From assembly GCF_963921235.1 (NCBI RefSeq), contig NC_086109.1:10790001-10854000 (forward strand): 64,000 nt of DNA, written 5' to 3'. A model generated the notes under the pieces. It ran no database searches, had not been told where the DNA came from, and was given only the letters and a program-made list of their open reading frames with translations. Below, in pieces: positions 25,372 through 38,900 of the stretch. Source of the stretch: Mobula hypostoma (taxonomy: Eukaryota). A program made the position numbers and the translations under genes. Numbering within the stretch: the stretch's first letter is position 1; the number at the start of each line of letters is the position of its first letter.

Positions 25372-26970
25372 ACACATGGGTTTCTGCAGATGCTGGAAAT
25401 CTTGAGCAACACACTCAAACTGCTGGAGAAACTCAGCAAGTCCGGCAGCATCTATGGAGGAGAACAGACGGTCAACATTTCAGGCTAAGACTTTTTATCA
25501 GGACTAGAAAGGAAGTGGGGAAGAAACCAGAATAAAAAGGCAGGGGGAGGGGAAGGAGTACAAGTTGGCAGAGGATGAAGTAAAAAGCTGGGAGATGATA
25601 GGTGGATACTGTAAGGAGCTGAAGAAAAGGGAATCTGATAGGAGAGGATAGTGGGCCATGGGAAAAAGGGGTGGCGGAGGAGAACCAGAGGGAGATGATG
25701 AGCAGGTGAGGAGAAAGGGTGAGGGGGGAGCCTGAGTGGGGAGTGGAAAAAGAAAGGGGGGCAGGAGAGATTGCTGGAAGTTCCTATTTTCATTGATCTT
25801 TCAATTATTAAGAAAGACACAAGGCTACAGATGCTGAAATCTGTAGCAAAACAAAAAGCAGGGGAAGAACTTGGCTGGTCAGGAAGCATCTGTGGACAGA
25901 AGTGAACAATCAGTATTTCAGGCCAAGACCTTCAACAGGTGATGAAGGTGATAATGAACCACTTCCCCCTCACCTTTCACCTGCCATCTTGTTCTCCTCT
26001 CCTACCCTCCACCTTCTTTCCCTGGCTTCTGCCCTCTTCCTATCCAGTCCTGATGAAGCGTCTCAGCCCAAAACAGCTTCTGTTTCTTCCCCTCCATAGA
26101 TGCTGCTCGACTTACTGACTTCCTACAGCATTGTGTGTGTGTGTCTCCCCCTGAAACGTACTGTGATCTCAAATACAGCTCTCGGAAGCTGAATATTTGG
26201 ATATCAACTAATATGGTTCAGATACTTAAGTGGCTTTGAAGCTTAATCCCGCTAGATGTGCGGTTAGTCTGAAGGCTCAGTCTGGGAGGGAGAACAGTCA
26301 AATGTATGTTGTTAGCCCCCAGAATCTGCTCCAATATCGAGCTGTTGGAGGAAGCTTGCAGTCCAATGCGCTGCTGTTCCAATACCAGATGGTGATGCAG
26401 CTTGGCTAACAAGCCAGGATGTATACAGATGAAAAAGAAAGGGGAGTTAGGCAAAAAGCTAAAAAATGACCATTTCTGATACAAACGTCTCAGCCCGAAA
26501 TGCTTTTTCCCCACCTTAGAAGCTGCCTGACCTGCTGAGTTCCTCCAGCATTTTGTGTCTGTTGCTGTAGATTTATCGATGCTTTGAATCAAGTGCTTGT
26601 CTTACTCATTCAGTATTGGCTTAATAAGCACACCGAGAAAATAGCACTTATAAAAAGTAACACGCACAAAACGCTGGAGGAACTCAGCAGGTTAGGCCGC
26701 TTCAATGGAAAGGAATGGACGGGCATTGTTTTGGGCTGAGACCTTCCATCAAAACCTGACCACAAGCCCTAATGAAGGGTTTCAACCTGAAATGCTGATC
26801 CTTTATTCCCAACCTGGGGTCCACAGATCCCTTCCTTAATGGCATGAAAACAAGTTAGGAATCTCTGCTTTTCACAGGTGCTGCCTGACCTGCTGAGTTC
26901 CTCCAGCATTTTGCGTGCGTGTGTGTGTGTGTGTTACTCTGGATTTCCAACATCTGCAGAATCTCTTGTA
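25372..26970. mobile_element. Cluster of hammerhead-family (Penelope pLTR-like) fragments in both orientations
   Basis: Minus copies at ~25372-25775 and ~25826-25945. Plus copies at ~25960-26145 (cagtcctgatgaagcgtctcagccc) and ~26475-26560. A palindrome at ~26660-26970 contains a hAT-like insert at ~26808-26870. Confidence 0.7.
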
Positions 26971-27889
26971 CTTAAAAACAGCAGCGCTTCAGGCAAGCCC
27001 TGTTCCGTTGGATGTAATTAGTGTTATTAAAGTAAGAAAAAGTCAGACAGATGGAGGGGGGTTGAGAAAGTTGTGCACCTGTCAGTATTGCAGTGAAAGT
27101 AGTTTATTTAGACTTTAGAAGACTCTCATTACCTTGTGTCACGAGGTAATTATTATACAGGTGGCGAGAAGCAGGGTGGTTAAGAGCAGAAAAGCGAAGA
27201 ATAGGAGTGATAAGTGTTCTTCAGCTCGAGGGTTAGCTCATCACTTCTTTAATTTTGATTGCTGACCTCCCGTTCTCCATTTAGTAAAAGTAGTTTGGGA
27301 CTCAGAATGTAATGTTGAGAAGGTAAGGGATTACAGAATATGGGAATCACTCTCATGAGAGGGTACTATGCAGCATCTATTTTCTGAAGCCTCATTCACA
27401 CCAGTCTGGTCACCTGAAAAGAAAGCTAGACATGGACAGAGAGCGCGGGGTTGGCCAGCACAGCAGCAGAACACACTGCGACGCCAGTTGTAAGATCAGG
27501 TTCAGTCCCCGCTGCCGCCTGTAAGGAGTTTGTGCATTTTCCCCGTGACCGCGTGGGTTTCCTCCAGGTGCTCCGGTTTCCTCCCACAGTCCAAACATAT
27601 ACGAGTCGGGATGAGTACTTTGTGGGCGTGCCATGGTGGCGCCAGAAGCACGGTGACACTTGTGGACCCACCCGCGGATTTCACTGCATGTTTCGATTCT
27701 TCAGTGAACTTTGGATGGGTACGTGGGTGAGAGGGGCATGGTAAAGGTGCAGGCTGACGGGACCAGGAAGAATAATAGTTCGGCACCGACTAGGTGGGTT
27801 GATGGGGTTTTACCTACTCTGTGGTGCTCTATGTCTTTAGCACACTGGTTGAACGCCCAGTTGGTGCGGTCTTCTGTCGACTCTATTGT

Positions 27890-28185
27890 GTTGGCGCATG
27901 GCCAAGTAGTTAAGGCGTTGGTCTAGTGATCTGAAGGTGGCTAGTTTGAGCCTCAGCTGAGGCAGCGTGTTCAGCAAGGCACTTAACCACACATTGCTCT
28001 GCGACGACACCGGTGCCAAGCTGTATCAGCCCTAGTGCCCTTCCCTTGGACAACATCGGTGGCGTGGAGAGGGGAGACTTGAAGCATGGGCAGCTGCCGG
28101 TCTTCCATACAATCTTGCCCAGGCCTGCGCCCTGGAAACCTTCCAAGGTGCAAATCCATGGTCTCACAAGACTAACAGATACCTA
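27890..28185 (+). mobile_element. tRNA-derived SINE with RTE-like 3' tail
   Basis: A-box-like 'tggccaagtagttaagg' and B-box-like 'agtttgagcc'. The tail 'ccatggtctcacaagact' resembles RTE 3' ends. Confidence 0.6.
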
Positions 28186-29049
28186 TTATTCTATTGTGGA
28201 TTTATTGAGTATGTCTGCAACAAAATGAATCTCAGGGTTGTATATGGTGACTTATGTTTACTTTGAGCTATGACTCTGTGGTGAAAAAAGCTAATCTTTA
28301 ATCTTTTAGCATGAGGTGGTACACTGAGAGAGATTTAACATGGAAATATAGTAAATTATTGAAGGAATACAGGGATACGGACTGCAGACCCAAAGGTGGA
28401 AATTCTCTTAATAAGGAATAATAGGAGACATGCTTCAGTTCCAGACATGTTTATAACCGGAATGGAAAGATTTGGAAAATAGTTTGATGTTAAAAATAAT
28501 GGTTAAACTGTGTAGAAATTGCTATTAGTGTGTGTACTTGTGTCATGTCGATGAAATGTATATTCTTGGGATGAGAGAATGCTGTTATAATCTGACTTGA
28601 AAAGCCAGAGGTGTAATTTCAGGATTAGGGAGGATTTAAATGGGACATTTTCAAAATAGTGGAAGGTTATTAATGCGGGTGTGAACGTGTAACAACCAGC
28701 ACACAGTTTGGATAAGACCAAAAGTGAGATGTAAATGTTTTGTTTTCAAGTACACAGCTAAAAAGAAGCAGTCAATGAAGGTACCTTTACAGGGGCTTTA
28801 ATTAAGACTTGAGATGGCAATCCTATTGAAGGATGAAAAGTAAGGGGATTGTGTGCGCGGATTAGTTGGTAGCATTCTTGTCTGAGTTAGAAGCACTTTC
28901 TTTCATGAAACTCAGTGAAGTACGGTATCTGCACTGACCACAGTATGGGGGAGTGCATTGAGGATTATGAGCTGTAAGAAACACCAGACACTTGTTTTTA
29001 CACCTCTGTGTACCTGTTACCATTCTGATCTCAAGCAACACTGGGCTTT

Positions 29050-29430
29050 TTGTATCCGAGGGAGTCCAGAGGAGGTCCACGAGAATGATCCCGGGAGTGA
29101 AAGGGTTAATGCATGAGGAGTGCTTGATGGCTCTGGGCCTGTACTCGCTGAAGTTTCGAAGAATGAGAGAGAGAGTTCTCACTGAAGCCTGTTCAGTGAG
29201 AAAGGCATGGAGAGAGTGGAGATGGAGAGCATGTTTCCAATAGCGAGAGGGTGTAGGACCAGAGGGCACAGCCTCAGCATACAAGGATGTCTCTTCAGAA
29301 CTGAGATGAGGAGGAATTTCTTCAACCAGAGGGTGGTGAATCTGTAGAATTCTTTGCCACAGAGGGCTGTGGAGGCCAAGTCATTGGTATATTTAAAGCA
29401 GAGCCTTGATAGGTTCTTGATTAGTAAGGG
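29050..29430 (+). mobile_element. CR1 LINE fragment
   Basis: EGVQRRSTRMIPGVKGLMHEECLMALGLYSLKFRRM in ORF 28992-29243. Confidence 0.85.
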
Positions 29431-30667
29431 GTATATGCCCTAACAAACACAATAAGCATAAAGAACACAAGAAAAAATCTACAAAAAAACCACAGTAAAT
29501 ATAAATATAAAAGCAATCCAATAAAACACAATGTACAAATAACTGTTATATACATAGATTGTATGTACGTAAAGTGACACTAGGTGGGTGGGTTGATGAG
29601 TAAATCAGCCTGACAGCTTAGGGGAGTAACTGTTGAGTCTAGTTATCTGGGTGTGGATGTTGTGTAGCCTCTTCCTTGATGTTCTCTGATATGGAATCGC
29701 TTCGGCATTCTTTCATCGGAATCAGATTTAATATCACTGGCATATGTCATGAAATTTGTTGTTTTGTGGCAGCTGTACATTGCAATACATAATAATGAAA
29801 GCTGAAATAAATAAGTAGTGCGAAAAAGTAGTGAGGCAGTGTTCATGGGTTCAATGTCCATTCAAAAATCTGATGGCAGAGGGGAAGAATCTGTCAGTGT
29901 GTGTCTGGGGGCTTCTGTACTTCTCCCTGATGGTAGCAATGAGCAGATGTCCTGGATACTATGGAGGCTAGTGCCCATGATGGAGCTGATTGAGTTCACG
30001 ACTTTCTGCAGCTTCTTTCGATCCTATGCAGTTGAGAGTTTATTGTCGTGCCTTCTTTATAATTGCATCGATATAATGGGCCCAGATCCCTGAGTCCAAG
30101 TCCTGGAAAGCTCTACCCATCGGCACTGTGAGTGAATCTACGCTTGAAGGACAACAGTGACTCAACAAAGCAGGTCAGCACTTACCTTCTGAGAGGCAGC
30201 TGTAAGTTACGACTGGAATCCTGAACTTAGATATAGTTGAAATCGGAGCCACTGTAGGTCAGCATGCCCCTGTTGTTGGCAATGGATTGTAAGCCAATTT
30301 TTTGTCTCCTTTTATCTTTATGCTACAGTGTAATTCAGAAATTGCTTGCAAACTGAGCTGGTCTTGCAAATCTATAATCAGCTTTAATTTGTTTTATCCG
30401 GTAATTTATCTTTTTCCAAAGAACCTATGATTTATGGTGGCAAGTATAATAGGCAGGAGTTCCTGGCAGTGTAAACCTTAATTTTGTTTGCCTTGCATCT
30501 GTAGGTACTGAGTCTATTGCCAGGACGTGGCTAAAAATGTGTCAGAGTTGAAGTTATAAGCTCTTAAAGCTCATTGTATCTTTTTAACTGAATAAATTCC
30601 AATCGCTGTTGAAGCAACAGAGTCTAAATAACTTTCTGAAGAGATAAAGGCGAGGTGAATATTCTAA

Positions 30668-30892
30668 ACAGGAGAAATCCTTCCGATGCTGGAAATCCAA
30701 ACCAACACACACAAAATGCTGGAGGAGCTCAGCAGTTCAGGCAGCGTCTATGGAAATGAATAAACAGCCGGCCTTTCAGGTTGGAGTTTTGGGTCGACTG
30801 TTAATTCATTTCCATGGACGCTGCCTGACCTGCTGAATTCCTCCAGCATTTTGAGTGTGTAGGTTTTCGGGTCGAGACCCGTCATCTGGCTG
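30668..30892. mobile_element. Palindromic hammerhead-family element (centre deleted)
   Basis: 'aaaatgctggaggagctcagcagttcaggcagcgtctatggaaatgaat' is inverted against 'attcatttccatggacgctgcctgacctgctgaattcctccagcatttt'. An extra minus-strand core remnant is at 30865-30888. Confidence 0.7.
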
Positions 30893-31306
30893 GGCTTCGT
30901 CCATTAAGGGAACAGGATGTTTGGGGAGATGAAATATGCTAAAGAATTTGGCCGCACAGTAGCATAACGTTGTTAAGGTGCCAGCAAAATCAGGGTTCGT
31001 TTCCCACCGCTGCCTGTAAGGAGTTTGTACATTCTCCCGGTGACCGCGTGGGTTTCCTCCGGGTGCTCCAGTTTCCTCCCACAGTCCAGAGACTTGCGGG
31101 TTAGGGTCAGTGAGTTGTGGGCATGCTATACTGGCATAAGTAGCATTGAGCCACTTGCCAGCTACTCAGCATAACCGTCTCCTATTTGACACAAACTGAA
31201 CATTTCCATGTGTGTGTGAGATAAGTAAATCTAGAGCAACACAGACACACAACGCTGGAGGAACACAGCAGGTCCGGCAGCATCCATGGAAGTGAATAAA
31301 CAGTCA

Positions 31307-31715
31307 AGCGTTTGATGGCTCTGGGCTTGTACTCACTGGAATTCAGAAGAGTGAGGGGAGAATCTCACTGAAACCTAACGGATGTTGAAAGCCCTGGATA
31401 GAGTGGATGTGGGGAGGATGTTTCCTATGGTGAGGGAGTCTAAAACAGAGGACACAGCCTCAGAATAGAGGGATGCCCGTTTAGAATGGAGATGAGGAGG
31501 AATTTCTTTAACCAGAGACTGGTGAATCTGTGGAATTTGTTGCCGTAGGTGGCTCTGGAGGCCAAATCATTGGGTATATATAAGGCAGAGGTTGATAGAT
31601 TCTTGTTTGGTCGAGAGTATGAAGGGATATGGGGAGAATGCAGGAGATTGGGGCTGAGAGGGAAGTGGATCCGTCAAATGGCCTAATTCTGCTCCTGTAA
31701 CTTACGGTCTTGTGG
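31307..31715 (+). mobile_element. CR1 LINE 3' fragment
   Basis: Reads 'ggctctgggcttgtactcactggaattcagaaga..ggacacagcctcagaatagagggatg..gcctaattctgctcc'. Confidence 0.85.
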
Positions 31716-33339
31716 TGTACCTCTCCAGCATCATCTTCTAGCAGTCCGATATCTACTCTTGCCTCTTTTTTACTCTTTATATGGGTGAAAAAAGCTCTTG
31801 GTATCTCCTTTGATATTGCTGGCTATCTTACTCTCATATTTCACCTTTTCCTCCTATCATGGTTTCTTTGATACATGGAAGTCAAGAGATATGGGGAGTA
31901 GCATTGAACCACTGGGGTGACTCGATAGCTTAGCCATGAGTGCAACACTGTTACAGCTTGGGACGTGGTAGTTCAAAGGTCAATTCTGATGCCATCTGTA
32001 AGAAGTTTGGAAATCTGTATGTTCTTTCCATAGGTTTCCTCTAGATGCTTCGGTTTCCTCCCGCATTCCAAAGATGTACCGGTTATTAGGTTAATTGGTC
32101 TTTGTAAATTGTCCTGTGATTATGCGAGGGTTAAATAAGTAGGTTGCCGTGCAGTGCGGCTTGTTGTCCAGGCGGGCGTGTTCCACACTGTATCTAGAAT
32201 ACATCAATAAAATAAAGTCACTAATCAGATATGATCTTGCCAAATAGACTGAATAGCCTATTCTTGCTTCTATTTTTTTGAATCAGTCCGGTCGTGTTCT
32301 TGCCTATTATCCACAATGCTAAAAATTTCCTTTCTGTCACAGACCCAGTCGTTAGTGGTTGCCAGGCCACCATTATCTGCCGAGTGGCGGATTAGAGCCC
32401 ACGGCTATTTACGAGTTTCATCGTGAACTTGTTGAAGAACCGCGGCGACAACTTGCATTTATGTCGACCCTTGAGTTATTCCAAAGATTCTTGTGGTCTC
32501 CTTCAGGAAAACTGCTGGTGAACCAGGAAGGATATTACCAGGATGTTTGCTCAAAGCAATTGTGTGCCTTTGAAGATTCTTAAGCAAAACAGAGGGAGGT
32601 TCCTAGTGGGCGGGGATGAAATTACCAGCGAAGGGTGTAAGTATAATATAAGCCAAATGCTTGTGGGCTGACCAGTTTCCGAGGTGCAGCATTTAAAGAT
32701 GGTATGAGCAGTGTTCATTGAGAGCTAAGTTTGGTTTTAATATTCATGAAGAAAGTGAGATATCAGTGAGGGCGGCTGTGATGCAAGTCCTTCTTCAGTT
32801 TGAAATGCAGATAAGGCACTTCACAAAGGAACAGCAGAACTCCACTGGATGAGACCCACAGGCACAGTCTTAACATTTTAGACAAAAAAAGGTATGGCAG
32901 TGATGTGAGTAGATTTTTTTTCTCTTCCTACGGATGGTTAGAAACCAGAACTTGCTATTTGTAGGGATGATGAGAACAGAAAGAATCGGGGTCTGTGAAA
33001 GGGAATTAGATCAGTTCTACTGATTGTATCATTTTGTGGAGGAAGAACATGGAATTGAGATTTTTCAACAAGGGGCAAGCATGGACTGGGTAGGCTGAAT
33101 GGCTGCTCCAGTAATTCGGATTCTTGTCTGTTAAGAACAAAGTATGTTGATATGTTAGAGTCTGTTAGGACTGTTTTTCATGATATCGGGAATCAGTGGT
33201 AGATGGTGGCAAAGAATGCGTTTGTTCCGCTTGCCTTCATTGATGAGGCATTAAGTGCAGGAGTTGGAAGTCACAATACGTTGGTGAGATTACACTTGGA
33301 GTATTCTGTACAGGTGTAGTTACCAAAGAAGGATGTTGT

Positions 33340-33783
33340 TGTGACATGAACAAATCACCGGAAAGGCACTGAAGCTCGTGGTTGTAGATTTGTTTTATTC
33401 AACAAAATGAGCAGCAGGCATCATATTGAGACACTCTTGGCACAAGAGGCTTGCTTGTCCCAATATTACATGATACAATGTATCTACAATGCTTCCTTTG
33501 AATTGCATATAGTTTTCAAACACATCCTTCTTCAAACCCGCACCTCAGACACCCAAAATGAATGTTAATCCTGACTGACTGTCTCTCTGGATTCATGAAA
33601 ATGCAGACACCAAGTGAGTGGGTATTTCCTGGTTTGTAATCAACCCCAATCTGCAACTTCAGTGAAGCTTTTGTTCAGAACTGCATTTTAAATTTAATCT
33701 ACAATCCATATTCAAATCTGAAAACAGGTTGCAGCTGAAATTAATGTTTACTCTATACCCTAGCTCCAGAATACACGCTAACA
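33340..33783 (-). mobile_element. Solo LTR (444 bp) with 5-bp TSD, inserted into a CR1 remnant
   Basis: Begins TG and ends CA. GTTGT flanks both sides (33335-33339, 33784-33788). CR1 sequence 'aaggatgt..cattaacctggaaagggtg' resumes across it. AATAAA is on the minus strand near 33395. Confidence 0.8.
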
Positions 33784-33919
33784 GTTGTCATTAACCTGGA
33801 AAGGGTGTAGAAAAGATTCACGAGGATGTTACCGGAGCTGGAGATTTGACTTGTCATGGGAGACTGGATAGGCTGGGACTTTTTTCACTTGTGGGAAGAA
33901 GGCTGAGGAGAGACATAAA

Positions 33920-34445
33920 GACAAGAGAGTCTGCAGGTGCTGGAAATCCAAAGCAATACACACAAGAAACTGGAGGAGCTCAGCAGTTCAGCAGCATCTA
34001 TGGAAATGAATGAACAGTTAACATTTTGGGCCAAAACCCTTCGTCGGGGACTGGAAAGGAAGAGGGGAAGAGGCCAGAATAAGAAGACTTGGGGAATGGA
34101 GTACAAGCCAAGTGATAGGTGAAGACGGGTAGGTGGGGAGGGGGGATGAAGTAAGAAGCTGAGAGATAATGGTGGAAAAGGTAAAGGACTGGTGCATCAA
34201 CATCGATTTTTCTAACTACCGGTAATTTTTCCGCCACTCCCTTCCCACTTCCTCAATTCCTCAATTCCTCACTCTGGCTCCCCTCTTACCTCTTCTCTTC
34301 TCCTCACCTACCTACCACCATCCTCTGGTGCCCCTCTTCCTTCCCTTTCTTCTTAGTCCACTCACCTTTCCAATCAGATTCCTTCTTCTCCCGCCCTTTA
34401 CCTTTTCCACCTGTCACCTCTCAGCTTCTCACTTCAGCCTCCCTC
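33920..34445. mobile_element. Hammerhead-family element (minus) with purine-rich body, followed by an inverted pyrimidine-rich body
   Basis: Reads 'ctgcaggtgctggaaatcc..gctcagcag..cagttaacattttgggccaaaacccttcgtcggggactgg' (degenerate core). Confidence 0.65.
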
Positions 34446-34619
34446 CCCTAGGGGGAGTTGTTGTGAGTGTGAAGAGAATAAAACAGAGGATTGATATAGA
34501 TTTAATTTAAGTTGGAGGTTAACGGTCAGCACAGACTAAATTAGCTGCAGAACCTGTTTCTGTTCTGTATCTCTCTGTGACTTTAAGCTCTGTCCCTCTC
34601 CTACAGTATTTCTGTCTCT

Positions 34620-34995
34620 TTCAGTTACCTTTGTTTGTTATGTGCCGTGTCGTGTGACATGGGGGATCATGTCTTTCCATGACCATGGCACATTTTTCTA
34701 CGGAAGCGGTTTGCCATTGCCTTCTTCCGGGCAGTGTCTTTACAAGGAAAATGACCCCAGCCACTATCAATACTCTTCAGCTATCGCCTGCCTGGCGTCA
34801 GTGGTCACGTAACCAGTGCTTGTGATCTGCACCGGCCGCTCATTCGACCGTCCACCACCTGCTCCCATGGCTTCAGGTGACCCTGATCGGGGGCTAAGCA
34901 GGTGCTACACCTCGCCCAAGGGTGTCCTGCAGGCTACTGGAGGGAAGGAATGCCATATAGCTCCTTTGAGAGAGACATATTTCCACCCCACCAAC
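34620..34995 (-). mobile_element. SINE/non-autonomous element with RTE(BovB)-like tail; second fragment at ~61110-61320
   Basis: The minus strand has 'aaggcaatggcaaaccgcttccgtag..catggtcatggaaag'. The motif 'gcctggcgtcagtggtcacg' is shared by both copies. Confidence 0.55.
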
Positions 34996-36279
34996 CATTT
35001 CATTTAACTTGCTCGCCCAAAATACCTTACATTTCCCTTTTTTTTTTGACCAGAAGCTGACTGCAGCCTCCATCTACACCTTCCAGGCAGAGAAGCAATG
35101 ATCACCAAGCATTCTTCAGCCCCTCTTGGACAACACCAAAACGACTTATGTCATGTGCACTGTAGTTTACTTCACAGACATCCCCTTGTTTACTGTGCAG
35201 CACAATATATACCTCCTTAAACATTTCTAGTTCTGATATGGAGCCATTGTTATTGGCCAAGTTTCATTCTCTATGAATGCTACCTGAGTTTCTATTTTAA
35301 TTAGCATTTTGTGGTGTAGATATTGTGTCAGATGAAAAAGTTAGTACTGCCTAAAAAGTGAGTTTAATAGATTTGAAGTACATTTATTAGCGAGGTCTGT
35401 ATACGGAATACAACTCTGCGGTTCGTCCTCCTGCAAGCAGGCACGAAACAAAGACACACCATGTTCAAGGATCCGTTCAAGAAAACATCAAACACCACAA
35501 TGCGCGAAAAAAAGAACAAAATGCGCAAATGGCAAAAGGCAAGCAGACAACACAGAGAATGTCAAACATCAAACTGAAAGTCCAGTAGTGTTCAGTTCTG
35601 CGTCACACCGCTAACCCACTGCAGGCCGCAGGGCAAAGCATTCTTCCCTGAAATGCCCCAGTCCGCATCAAACCGCTCAGAAAACAGCAAAAAAAAGAGC
35701 AGAAGGAAGTTGAAGAATAAAAGGAAACATTGCCACGTTGCAGAACTTATCTGAACAACCTCCTCTGGGAGTTGGCTGTGGTTGTTAAACAGTTTTGTTT
35801 CCAAGCTAAAACTTTACTGACTAGTGGCCCTACTTAACGTCTCCATTAGTTCCTGTTATAATTTCGATCACCTTTCTTTGCTGCTTCCTTTTGTGTAAAA
35901 CATCCTTGTGCAGTTTTCGTTGCACCCTGCTGGCCGTTTGCATGTCTTATTTCTTCCTGACAATAGATATGCGTTCTGGATCCTGAAGTCTAAAGATTGC
36001 ACACTGGAAGTAGGTCAATTGAAATTGTGTGTGATAAAATGCCAGGTGAATACCTTGAGCACCTTGACGGAGTGATTCAGTAATGTCAGCTTGTCCTGTC
36101 TGCATAAATCCATGGCAGGTTTTTTCGACTAGGTTATGAAGACACGCAGTCCTCTTTTATTGTCATTTAGTAATGCATGCATTAAGAAATGATACATTAT
36201 TTCCTCCGGTGTGATATCACAAAACACAGGACAAACCAAGACTGAAAAAACCGACAAAACCACATAATTATAACATATA

Positions 36280-36608
36280 GATAGATAGATAGATATACTT
36301 TATTGATCCCGAGGGAAATTGGGTTTCGCTACAGCTGCGCCAACCAAGAATAGAGCATAAATATAGCAATACAAAAACCACAAACAATCAAACAACAAAA
36401 TGCAAACTATGCCAGATGGAAATAAGTCCAGGACCAGCCTGTTGGCTCAGGGTGTCTGACCCTCCACGGGAGGAGCTGCAAAGTTCGATGGCCACAGGCA
36501 GGAACAACCTCCCATGACGCCCAGTGTTGTATCTCGGTGGAATATGGCCGGAGTCCAACAGCAAAAAGTTCAATATCCGGTCTTCAACACGTTCCTCGAT
36601 CGTAATAT
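36280..36608 (-). mobile_element. 5'-truncated copy of the internally deleted Rex1/Babar derivative, nested in another repeat
   Basis: Near-identical to 59602-59925. The host repeat (reverse of ~7500-7800) is split at 'acatatag|ttac'. Confidence 0.85.
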
Positions 36609-38079
36609 AGTTACAAACAGTGTAACAATGCCATAACTTGATGAAGAAGTCCGTGAGCACAGTAAAGTTCAAAGTTTCTCAAATGTCCCACATCTCATGC
36701 AGACGGGAGAAGGAAGAAAAACTCTCCCTGCCATGCCGACCACAATCCAACTCTGAGTCATCCGAAAACTTCGAACTCTGATCAGTTAATTATTGACACA
36801 AACACCTAGATACATTAGAAAGCTTTAGCTTTGCGTGCCAGCCAAACAGATCGTGCCATATATAAGTACCTCAAGGTAGTTATAAAAAAGTTCAAGTTTA
36901 TTGTTATTGAACTGTATAATTATATACATGTATACTGCCAAACGAAACAATATTCCTCCTGAGTTTTTGATTCACCTTCAACAATCAACAAAACCAGAAC
37001 AAATCCTACCAGAATGAGCACTCATTAATGTCACCTCATGCCAAACCGATGGTTTTCAACTGCACCTCTCGTACAGCTATGGGTCATAAAATAGACGGAT
37101 CTGTGCTCGGGTCATTATGCTACATGGCCCAATGTATTTCCCACCCACCCTGTCCTTTCCTCCCGAGGTCCCCGAGGAACTCTTACAGGAGGTGAACCCC
37201 TGATCTCCCCTTCTACCTCGTATGACCCCTGCACTGCACTCTCCCACCAAGAATACCGTGATAATTGCACCCTCTTTTTTTCTTTTTACTACCTGGGTGT
37301 ACTTATGCATGGAATGATCTTTCTGGATGGCACACAAGTAAAAGCTGTTCGCTGTATCTTGGCACATGTGACAATAATAATCCAATTCCAGTTCTATCGA
37401 TGTGCATTAACTACCCGGGTTAAAATCTCACACTCTGTCCAGACAGGTATTGGCATGTATAATGTACCATCTACAAGTATCGGTATTCACAGTCCACAAA
37501 TCACAATCAGGTGATCTTGGTGGTTTGCCAAGTTTGAGGATCCTACACAGGTATCAACACAGCAAGGATGTTATCTTTTAGTTACCTCTCTAAAAGGGGC
37601 CTGTGACATTCTGTGCTTCCCTTGGCTGCAGGGTTTAGTAGTAATACAGTCTGAAAATCTTCAACCATTTATTGCGGATGTCTCTTCACACAGACCACAA
37701 TGAAATCTCCATATGCAATCAGTTTAATCAGAGAGCTGATCATATACATAGATGAGATCAAACCCCATTGCTATTCAGTGCAAATCTCAGCCAAATTACA
37801 GAATAAGCAGACAGGGCAGACAGGCCTAGGCAATTTGGACTGACCCAAACCGTTAGCCATTAGTCAGTGAATAAACTTTTAATAAAGTGAGGGATATGGG
37901 GATTGGCCAGGAGAGTGGAGTTGAGTTAGAAGTTCAGGAATGATCTCACTGAAATAATATGGTACCCACATTTTCTCTGATTTCTTAACGTGTGATCCAC
38001 GTTAATTTTATGATTTTCTCAAAGGATTTCTCAAAAGGACATACTTTTCTCTCGAAAGAAAGAAGCATAAGCCTCAACA

Positions 38080-38900
38080 TTAATGCTAATGGATCAGCTG
38101 GTGGAGTGGTATCACAGCAACGACCTGGCATTCAACATCAGTAAAACCAAAGAACTGACTGTGGACTTCAGAAAGGGTAAGATGAGGGATCACACACCAG
38201 TCCTCAGAGAGGGATCAGAAGTGGAGAGAGTGAGCAATTTCAAGTACCTGGGTATCAACATCTCTGGGGATCTATCCGAGACCCAACCTATTGATGCAAC
38301 TACAAAGAAGGCACGGCAGTAGCTATACTTCATTAAGAGTTTGAGGGGATTTGGTATGTCACCAAGTACTCTTGCAAATTTCTGCAGAGGTACTGTGGAG
38401 AGCATTTAATTGGCTGCATCGCCGTATGGTGTAGTGTGGGAAGGGGAGTCTGGCTACTGCACAGGATCACAGTAAGCTGTGGAGAGCTGTAAACTCAGTC
38501 AGCTGCACCACGGACACCAGACTCTGTAGTATCCAGGACAGTTTCAAGAAGTAGAATCTCAAAAAGGTGGCATGCATCGTCAAGGACCGCCATCACCCAG
38601 GAAATGCCCTCTTCTCATTGTTACCATGAGGAGCCTGAAGACACACGCTCAGCGATTCAGAAACAGCTTCTTCCCCTCTGCCATCCAACTTCTGAATAGA
38701 CATTGAACACATGAACACTACTTCACTCACTATTCTTTTAACTTTTATTTTTGCACACTTAATTTAACAATTTTATATATAAATATATATATATTTACTG
38801 TAATTCATAGTTTTTTCTCGATTACATATTGCATTGTACTTTTGCCGCAAAGACAACAAATTTCACAACACATGCCGGTGATATTAAACCTCATTCTGAT
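38080..38900 (+). mobile_element. Rex1/Babar LINE 3' fragment
   Basis: ORF 38083-38322 reads LVEWYHSNDLAFNISKTKELTVDFRK..VERVSNFKYLGINISGDL. Tail is 'attaaacctcattctgat'. Confidence 0.88.

Noticed and set aside
27890..27965. tRNA gene
   Set aside because: A/B-box-like head continues into SINE body and tail; no intact cloverleaf.
30186..30255. Minus-strand exon with perfect GTAAGT donor
   Set aside because: Weak acceptors, and no partner exon or recognisable peptide.
32359..32583. 74-aa ORF after a good acceptor at 32342
   Set aside because: All frames from the acceptor hit early stops, and it includes a SINE-tail-like 'acaacttgcattta' motif.
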